Source: Eledone cirrhosa (Eukaryota). From it: a stretch of DNA of 64,000 bases. The notes beneath the pieces were generated by a model. The model was not told the origin of the DNA and searched no databases. It saw only the letters and a list, made by a program, of their open reading frames with translations. Where the stretch lies: the NCBI GenBank assembly GCA_964016885.1, contig OZ024747.1:28334001-28398000 (forward strand), written 5' to 3'. Made by a program: the position numbers and the translations under genes. Below are positions 55,185 to 64,000 of this stretch, piece by piece (positions within the stretch are counted from its first letter, which is position 1; the number at the start of each line of letters is the position of its first letter).

Positions 55185-56071
55185 CTGCAAATATTGGAAA
55201 GCAACACCATTGAGTATTTCTCAAAGTGAGAGAAGATATAAGGGATGACAAGGACAACTGATTTTGATTAAAGAAAGAGATTGAATAAAGAAACTTAACA
55301 GCTTTAAAGGTAAATTGGATCAGGAAAATGATAGATAAGTAGGACTATTCACCTAAATGTAGAATGTGCTATGAAATCAATGGGACTAAAGCTCAAATAG
55401 TTTCAGAATGCTCAAAATAAGTATGACAAGTGCAGTTAAAAAACAGGCAACAATTCACTAGAATATTTGCCTTTAAATGCACAGAAAGAAGGTATGACTA
55501 TGTAGTGAGAACAGAGGTGAGAAACCAGTGAAGTGTGACTGCTATGAGAACAACCCGGATATTGTAGTTAGTAGTAAGAAGGGTGTGCATGGTAATACAT
55601 ATTTAGTAATTGCAACATATTCATTTGATGTTAGTGTTTTAAAAGGAGAAGGAAAAAGTAGACCATTACACTGACTTGAAATACGAAATCCATAAGTGTT
55701 GTTACACTAACTTAAAATATGAAAATGAAAAAATAAAATATGAAAACCCCAAAAGAAGTTGACAAGAATATATCATTTAAAAGTACAAAGACCTGGAAAT
55801 AGAGATCAACTGCATGTGGAGGGTAACCACAAACCCTATCCCTGTGGTAATAGGAGCATTAGGATTAATACCCAAATTATCAGACCTGCAACTTTGCACC
55901 CTTCCCTGCAAGATCATTATTTTTGTTGCTTGCCAATGTATGCAATGAGTTTCTCTACCCCAGGTCTTAAGAAGACATATGGCAAGAATTGGAAACAAAA
56001 CTGAAGGGAGGGGAAAAACACAAATAATAATAATTGTTTCTACTTTTGGCAATCCACTGCTCAATAATAAT

Positions 56072-56259
56072 AATAATTGTTTCTACTTTAGGCACAAGGC
56101 CAGCACTTACTCAGTACATTACTGGTACTTTATTTTATCGACTCCGTAAGGATGAAAGGCAAAGTTAACCTCGGCAGGTTTTGAACTCAGACTGTAAAGG
56201 GACATAACTATGCTAGAAAGCATGGCGTCCAACCCTCTACCGATACTGCCAATTCACCG
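56072..56259 (-). mobile_element. tRNA-head SINE (16103 family)
   Basis: Near-identical to 16103-16282. Confidence 0.8.
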
Positions 56260-56388
56260 ATAATAATATTAATGATAGTCAGATAGATGGGAGGTAATGG
56301 GTAGACAGAGAAGAAAATAAAGTTAGATACATAGATTGAGAGAGAGAGAGAGATTGATGAGAGCAGAGAGTACAAAATAGTTTGTTAC

Positions 56389-56442
56389 CTTTAGATATCA
56401 AATGAAAATGATAGTTGGACAATGTTTTCATCACAATTTATA
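56389..56442 (-). promoter_or_regulatory. Putative gene B core promoter and short non-coding first exon
   Basis: Minus strand TATAAA at 56437-56442, Inr-like TCATT about 30 nt downstream (near 56409), donor AAG|GTAAC at 56389/56388. The acceptor before the ATG implies an upstream exon. Confidence 0.55.
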
Positions 56443-57019
56443 GCTGAGGTCGACTGTCATTTGTTGAAAGTTGAGGCTCTTCAGTATTGCAAGATAGTAA
56501 GATAGATAGATAGTGAGAGAAGGAGAGAGGGTGAGGAGAAGGAGATAACACCAACAACAAAGTAAAATAGTTAGTAATAGTCAGAGGGAAATAACACCTG
56601 CATGAAAGGCAAATGAATAGTCAGAGACAGAAAGAGAGAGAGAAGGAGAAGGAGATAGAGAAAGAGAGATGGATGAAAGGGAGAGAAAGAGAAACAGAGA
56701 AAGAAAACAAAAAAACACCACATATGTGAAAACTTTGAAAATTGTTGATTACAGGTAATACCAGTTAAGTAGTGGTGATAACAGGTGATACCAGTTAAGA
56801 GTCCGTGATTTATCTTTGAGTGTATAGATGAAAAATGTACTTGGTAATAAGAGGGTCAAACATATTAAGATAAACGAACAGTTACAAGGTGAAGTGTAGT
56901 TTGGAGAGGAAAGACATTCAAAGTCATTGCCCTGCTGCAAGAGAAAATCAAAACTATTAATTATGAAACAAAAGAGGTACAATTCGAAACCATATTTCTT
57001 TTGCTGAAGTGGGAATGGG

Positions 57020-57895
57020 TTCAGATGTATAGTAGATATGGGACATCTGGTGAGGGACACTAGAGTTCAGGTGTATAGTAGATGTGGGACACTAGAGCTC
57101 AGATGTATAGTAGATGTGGGACACTAGAGCTCAGATGTATAGTAGATGTGGGACATCTGGTGAGGGACACTAGAGCTCAGGTAAATAGTGGATGTGGGAC
57201 ATCCAGGGAGGGACACTAGAGCTCAGGTTTACAGTAGAGGTGAGACATCTGCTGAAGGACACTAGAGCTCAGGTGTATAGTAGATGTGGGATATCTGGAG
57301 CTCAGGTTTACAGTAGATGTGAGACATCTGGTGAGAGATACTAGAGCTTGGGTCTCCGGTAAATGGGGGACATCTGATGAGAGACACTAGAGCTCAGCTT
57401 TATAGTAAATGTGGGACATCTTGTAAGAGATACTAGAGCTCGGGTTTACAGTAGATATGAGACATCTGGAACTCAGATCAACCATAAGTATAGCATCTCT
57501 GTTGACTGATATCTGAAGCTCAAATGAGTGACATAAGGGACCTTGGTGAGGACATCTTAGACCTCTGGTGAATGATGTGTAGTTCTGGGACTTCTGGTAT
57601 GTGAAATCTGGTAACATCTGGCACCTCTGACAAGGGATATCTGGAGCTCAAGTCTGAGACCTCTGGTGGGTGACATCTAGGAAGTTCTGGTTAAAATATT
57701 GGTGATATATCTACATCAACATGGAATAATATCGAGCTATACATTGGTGATATGATATCTACATCAATATGTGATATCTGGCTATATATTGGTGATATAT
57801 CTACATTACCATATGATAATATCTAGCTATATATTGGTGATGTATCTACATTAACATGTGGTAATATCTGGCTATATATTGGCGATATCTTCACT
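57020..57895. repeat. Minisatellite, about 45 bp unit; GC-richer block 57020-57690 then AT-richer block 57695-57895
   Basis: gacatctggtgagggacactagagctcaggtgtatagtagatgtgg and tatattggtgatatatctacattaacatgtgataatatctggc units. The AT-rich type resumes at 60970-61125. Confidence 0.85.
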
Positions 57896-59300
57896 TCAAC
57901 ACAGGGATGCAAAAACACAATATGTGCTGCCAAAAAGTGATGTCATTTTCCTAGCATGTTGCTGTAAGTTTGGATGATTACCACATACATAGTTTTTGTA
58001 GAAAGTTACCAAATCATTGTTATCAAATGCTCTTCTCAAGTCTATATCAGACTTCAAATCTATCAGCTCCATGTGGAAACCATCAGGACTGTCTTCAGGT
58101 GCCATGTCAAATGGCTGAGAAACCAGTTTGAACTCAGTTTCACATTTCCTGAAATCAACAAATCTGCTTATAAATTCAGCACGTAAATCTGGCATTTCTG
58201 CTTTTCTGACAGCTAGACTGGGAAAATGAATAAGTGCTATTCTACTCAGCTGAGTCTGAAAAAGTTATAGTTTCTTTTCAAACGTACAAATGTGTTCAAA
58301 TATCTTGTTCACCAACTGACTTTTACCTTGCAGTTTAACATTTAAATCTGAAAGATGTTGTGTGATGTCAGTTAGGAAAGCAATGTCATTTAAACAGTGA
58401 TCCTCACTTAAATAAAAACCATCTTGTTGTTTATTTATCATGAATAATCTAATCTCCTTTCTTAGATTCCAAAACATCAAGATAATCCGAGTCAAGTTCT
58501 AAAAAAAGCCTTAAATTCCGGATGATTTAGTCCCCGAGCACGAACGAAATTCACACATTGAACAACATTTTTTATAACATCAGTAAAGCTGAGTACTTTT
58601 GTGTGTAAGCTTTCCTGGTGTATAATGCAATGATTCAGCACAACTTCTTGCGAACGAATGGTATCCAAAAATGTCTTGGTGAATCCATTGGTTCTACTTG
58701 TTATTGAGGGTGCCCCACCAGTTGTCAGGCCATACAGTTTAGAAGGGCGAAGGTGAAACTTCTCTATTAACTTCAAGACTTGCTCATTAATGTCTTGTCC
58801 AGTGGTTATGTAAGGCATACTCGCCATGTCCAAAAATTCTTCAATTATTTCAAAATTGTCAGTAACTCTTCATACAAACACAACCAATTGTGCAGTGTCA
58901 CTTACATCTTTACTTTCATCGAGAGCCAAACTATATGCTTCACATCTATTTATCCTCTCTTTTAAAGTCTCTTCAATATTTCCTGCAAGTTGATTTATTC
59001 TGCACGACAGAGTAAAACAGGACAGACTTGTTTGCTTCAATAAATGCTTCTTTTCAGGGCATGCATAATCAGTAAATATGCCCAAACAACTTTTGATGAA
59101 TTCTACATCACTGAAGGGTTTCCCCTTTTCTGCAATGGATTTACAGATTTTGAAACTAAGTTTTGTTACAAGCTCAGAGTCTTCCTTATAAAGTGTAAAT
59201 ACTCCTTATTGCTTCTTAATTAAATTAATCATCTGTTCTAGTTTATCCACTTGAGCTTGACCTACCAATATATCATACATGGTAGAATGTTTTGTTTTCT
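57896..59300 (-). mobile_element. hAT transposase pseudogene (GTF2IRD2/SPIN/Buster-like)
   Basis: YSLALDESKDVSDTAQL, HCIIHQESL, FLTDITQHLSDLNVKLQG, SLFGSTYC across frameshifted ORFs. Confidence 0.88.
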
Positions 59301-59773
59301 ACATGCTACCCAAAATATTATATCAGTTTGAATTATTACAAAGCCGAAACGAAAGGCTCGAAAGTGCAATTTTGAAGAAACTCAATTGATGGTCTGTCTT
59401 ATAGCAAATATAAGAAATGAATAATAAATTTTATGAGCTAAGTATTATTCAAGAAATTTTCTAAGTAAACAATAAATTTTCAGAGTGAAAATATTGGATG
59501 TGGTCTATAAAAATGCCTATAAACATCAAAACATAAAGTAAAACATAGGCCGGCAAATACGGTATATTGTTATTTAGCGTTAAAAAGCATGAAAAAATAT
59601 ATCTTGCCATGAAAAAACCTATAAAAAAATCGGGGAAGATATTTACAATTCTGTGAATATGCGGTGGTTTCCACAAACAATTATTAGTTAGGTTCTAAGG
59701 AAAATTCTGCAAATAACCAGACTGCGAATGATGGGGTTATACTGCATATATATATTTATATACACACACACAC

Positions 59774-59826
<53 letters not shown>

Positions 59827-60788
59827 CACATACATAAAAGAGGGTGAGTTTCAGGATGGTCTTGATAAAAAATGGATTAAGTAAATCTCTTGGATAACCC
59901 ACACAGTGACTTTTTTATAGTGGTAATGGGTTGTGTGGGACCATTCACACTTTTTGGTTTTTCTGATAGCAACAGTTGGGGACAAATATGCCACAAGACC
60001 TTAAGCTTTCTGTTCAGAGTTTTCCATCTCATGAGGTGAGCTATTGTGTGCCAGACACCAACCTGGTATTTTAATTCCATGCACACATATCCGCGCATCT
60101 ATCCATCCATCACATATATTGCTTCTAGTGTAACACACACACAAGCACAAACATTTAATATACGCGTATTTTAAAAAAAAAGATAAAAGGTAAAAAAGTT
60201 TTTAAAAAGGTCTATATTAAAATATATGAAATTATATAAAAATAAATACATATGTACACAGAACTGGATGACCATTCACTCTCAAGATCGGTTTTGTTTT
60301 TCATTATGATGGGGTTGCCGGTTTAGTCACTGACGACCTTGTGGTAGATTGTACTGGGCTACCTGTTACCAGTAGCACTCTAGAACAACCTATGCTCACT
60401 CCACTTTTCCCTTCACTGTATACACATATACACACCCTTATATTAACATACTTTTGCTCATAGCTTTGTAATTACAGACACACACACATTTCTTCTTAGC
60501 TTCGTACGGACATATAATAATACACATACACACACACACATGCTTACACATGTGCACAAGTATAGCTCTTTTTACAAAATGTTTTTTTTACTATTTCAGA
60601 TAGACGCGCTCCATCATCCACTTTTCTAAAAAATACATCATACACAAAATGCCAGCATCAACAGTTTTGTAAGAGATGCCAACATGAATGGACCTGTTAT
60701 TTTTATCTAAAGACATTTTTTCCAATACCCCCCACCCCCACCCCCTTCCACACACCCGTACCCTCAATCTATCTTATTTCTCATTCTT

Positions 60789-60824
60789 TCTTCTGATGAA
60801 GGACTAGCGTCCAAAACGTTACGA
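60789..60824 (+). ncRNA. Degenerate minimal hammerhead motif
   Basis: tctt-CUGAUGA-aggac/tagc/gtcc-AAAA-cg-UU-acga; G12 mutated. Confidence 0.5.
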
Positions 60825-60909
60825 CCCTCTTCCTGCTATATCAAGTGTTAACCTAATATATCCCTTCCATATACTGTACCGATTGTGTTGTTATTTCTGT
60901 TTACCTTTT

Positions 60910-60941
<32 letters not shown>

Positions 60942-61607
60942 CAATGTATGATAAGGTCTGACTATAATTTTATGATATCCCTACATCATCATATGATAAT
61001 ATCTGGCTATATATTACTGACGTGATATCTACATTAACAGGTGATTATAGATGGCTTTATATTGGTGATAACTTTACTTCAATTTGTTATAATATTGGTT
61101 CAATATTGGTGACATATCTATATTTCATACTAATTATATCTACTGTTTATTCCAGTTTTCTAATACACTTTTCAATATCCAAATAACATCTGTAATATCG
61201 GGAGGTTGGATTGAACCCATCAGTGTAACATTCTTCTTAATATAATGAACTGCACCTTGTCATATTACATAGCTACACAGAAGTGTGTCCTGGTCATGAA
61301 GTAGTTATGGGTCATTACCATGTTTCCAATTAAAGTGTGAATACCAGGTGTGAAGTCACTTCACTAGATTAGCTTTTCAGACACTAACTACTATCTCAAA
61401 AATAATTACAAGGTGAAACAACAAAAACAGGGGGAAAAAATTATGATGACAGTTGCATAATTCTTTTTTAAAAACACCAGCAAGTCAAGCTTAAAGGGAA
61501 TTTTCAATTCATTTATCGTGTTTAACACAATCTATCTTATATTTATCTGCTGTTTAGGCAGTATGCAACATCTGGGTAGAATCTCATGACTGGCTGACAA
61601 ATCTGCG

Positions 61608-61679
61608 CCAGCAGCAGCAGCAGCAGCACCAGCACCAGCACAACAACAACAACAACAGCAGCAGCAGCAACAACAATAA

Positions 61680-61742
<63 letters not shown>

Positions 61743-61870
61743 TAACAGCAGCAGCAGCAACAACAACAACGACGACGACGACGACGACGACGACGACAAC
61801 AACAACAAAAACGGCGACGACAACGACAACAACAACAATAACAACAACAACAATAATAATAATAATAATA
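61608..61870. repeat. Compound trinucleotide microsatellite (CAG/CAA/CGA/AAT)
   Basis: Direct inspection; abuts a SINE tail. Confidence 0.9.
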
Positions 61871-62056
61871 ATTGTTTCTACTTTAGGCACAAGGCCAGCA
61901 ATTAACCAGTGCATTACTGGTACTTTATTTTATCGACCCCGTAAGGATGAAAGGCAAAGTCAACCTCGGCGGGATTTGAACTCAGATCGTAAAGGACGTA
62001 ACTATGCTGGAAAGCATGGCGTCCGACCCTCTACCGATACTGCCAATCCACCGCCC
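61868..62056 (-). mobile_element. Full-length tRNA-head SINE (16103 family); inverted partial copy at 62180-62280
   Basis: GGGCGGTGGATTGGCAGTATCGG...GAGTTCAAATCCCGCC... Confidence 0.85.
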
Positions 62057-62165
62057 TAATAATAATAATAATAATGATTTCTTTATTGGCCACAAGGGCT
62101 GACATCAAGAAAAACATTACTGACGACACAGAACGGTACGATGTGGATTTTGTGCGTGTAAAGAT
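62057..62165 (-). mobile_element. 3' tail of a Tx1-related LINE
   Basis: Minus strand acacgcacaaaatcc...cccttgtggccaataaagaaatc(att)n, homologous to 2160-2270. Confidence 0.65.
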
Positions 62166-62719
62166 TTTTATTATTTATAGGTTAACTTTGCCTTTCATCC
62201 TTATGGGGTCGTAAAATAAAGTACCAGTAATGCATTGAGTAATTGCTGGCCTTGTGCCCCCAAAAAGTAGAAACAATTATTTATATAAGAAAAGAAAAAA
62301 AAAGACATAGAAACATATATATAGGTATCTTAGTTTTTATGACGTTATATTGTTAATATTACTGCTGTTTTTCTGCTGTATTATTGATAAATTTTCGAAG
62401 GTATCTTAGTTTTTATGACGTTATTATTGTTAATATTACTGCTGTATTAACTTCGGATATTTACCATGCGGTATTCTATTTCTATCGTATCTCTCTCGGT
62501 TATTTACCATGTGACCCTCAGTGCCCCCCCTCTCTATGCCTCTCTGCCATTTCCACGGCTGCTGCTACTACTACCTAACTAACTCGCTCCTTCTCTGGCG
62601 CAGCCCAACACACCCTGCCATTATCCCACCACCACTGTTCTTCTAGCCCTCAATTTTCCCACCGTTATGGATGGATGAGCTGAGAATAAATTTGAGCAAC
62701 TCTGAATCAATAGATGAAA

Positions 62720-64000
62720 TATGAATCTGCGAGCTACCAAGCACCCACGTGAAGTGCCAACCCAGAGACCCTCCACTACGAGTGTCGACAAATGCCCAAA
62801 ACTCCGAGTTGGTACCATCAATGTAGGCTCAATGAAAGGAAGAGCAGGAGAAATCATAGAAATGCTAGAGCGAAAGGAAATTGACTATGCTGTGTGCAAG
62901 AGACTAGATGGAGAGGAGAGTCTGCCAGAGTCCTCGTAGGAAAAAGTCGGTGCTACAAATTTTTCTGGGTGGGAAATGACGATGGGATGGGTGGTGTAGG
63001 TATACTACTAGCTGACAAGTGGGTAGATAAAGTAATCTCAGTGTACAGGGTAAATGCAAGAATCATTAAACTCAGACTAGTCCTGAATAAAACAATTACC
63101 ACAATAATATCAGCTTACGCACCCCAATCGGGGCTGCCAGACGAACTTAAGGATAGGTTTTACAAGTCCCTAATACACACTACTGCTCTAACAGACGACA
63201 AGGACTTCCTAATCATCGCAGGAGATTTTAACGGACACTTAGGTAAACACTGTGACGGCTTCAATAGAGTACATGGAGGCCATGAGGTTGGCACAAGGAA
63301 TGAGGAAGGATTCAGACTTCTAGAATTCTGCGACGCCAATGACATGTCGATATGTAACACAAACTTTAAAAAACCCGACAACCACCTGATCACCTATAGA
63401 TCAGGGGAGCACTCTAGTCAGTTAGATTTTATCCTCATCAGAGGACGTGACAGATGGACGGTCGTAAACACAAAAGCCTTCCCTAGTGAGGAATGTACAT
63501 CCCAACATAGCTTAGTTGTCAGCGACCTCACGGTCAGAACTAGACGAACCCGGAAACAGAGGCCAACCTGGAGAAGAAAGATCTGGAAGCTGAAAGTCCC
63601 CTCAACCAGTAACAGATTTAAAGATATTTTACTCAACGCCTACGACAGTAAAGAAGAACAGATAGAGACATTTAATGTAGAAGAGAACTGGGAGTTCCTA
63701 AAAAATAATTTACTAGAGGCGACGGATGAGGTCTGTGGCTGGAGTAAGACCTCAAGCAGGAGGAGAGTGACTTGGTGGTGGAACAATAAGGTAGATGAAG
63801 CAGTTAAGGCCAAGAGACAGGCATGGAAAGAATGGAAGAACGGGGGGAGCAGGGTACATTACATAGAGACCAAGAGGTAAGCTAGGCGACAAGTATACTT
63901 AGCTAGGAGGGAAGCAGAGGATAGAAAATTCAAGCATGTTTTACAACGTGAGGACCAGAAACAGGAGGTATACAAGATTGCGAGGCAGTGTGTCAGAGAT
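62720..64000 (+). mobile_element. RTE-clade LINE 5' part (APE endonuclease), frameshift near 62890 and stop at 63878; runs off the window
   Basis: LRVGTINVG, QETRW, SAYAPQ, AGDFNGH, SQLDFIL, TWWWN; paralog of 32055. Confidence 0.9.

Noticed and set aside
57020-57690. Regularly spaced repeats resembling a CRISPR array
   Set aside because: No unique spacers, no cas genes, eukaryotic context; it is a minisatellite.
61543-61914. Poly-V/A/L (or poly-Q) ORFs
   Set aside because: Compound trinucleotide repeat next to a SINE tail; no splice or domain support.

Overview
Eukaryotic, AT- and microsatellite-rich window. The SINE and LINE repertoire looks like a cephalopod (Octopus-like), which is inferred, not proven. 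Two intact tandem cathepsin L-like (papain family C1A) genes lie on the minus strand, each with 7 coding exons reconstructed by hand from GT-AG junctions: gene A 9231-19497 (333 aa) and gene B 24117-55184 (332 aa). The rest is transposon-derived: a Tx1-type LINE 3' part, a near-complete RTE LINE carrying a PHD-type finger, a second RTE at the window end, older RTE/BovB-like fragments, mariner, hAT and Helitron remnants, tRNA-head SINEs and minisatellites. The main signal absent from the ORF track is about 18 type I hammerhead-ribozyme motifs (CUGANGA...GAAA..UH, roughly 14 with near-intact folds) from many sequence families. They sit in Penelope-like (GIY-YIG) inverted-repeat elements and in small non-coding retrozyme-like units inserted into (TA)n tracts, and several share a conserved 3' hairpin. 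Intron 3 of gene B also carries a diverged copy of gene A's 3'UTR, suggesting a possible propeptide-only (inhibitor) isoform or a chimeric origin. All RNA folds were paired by eye, not computed.
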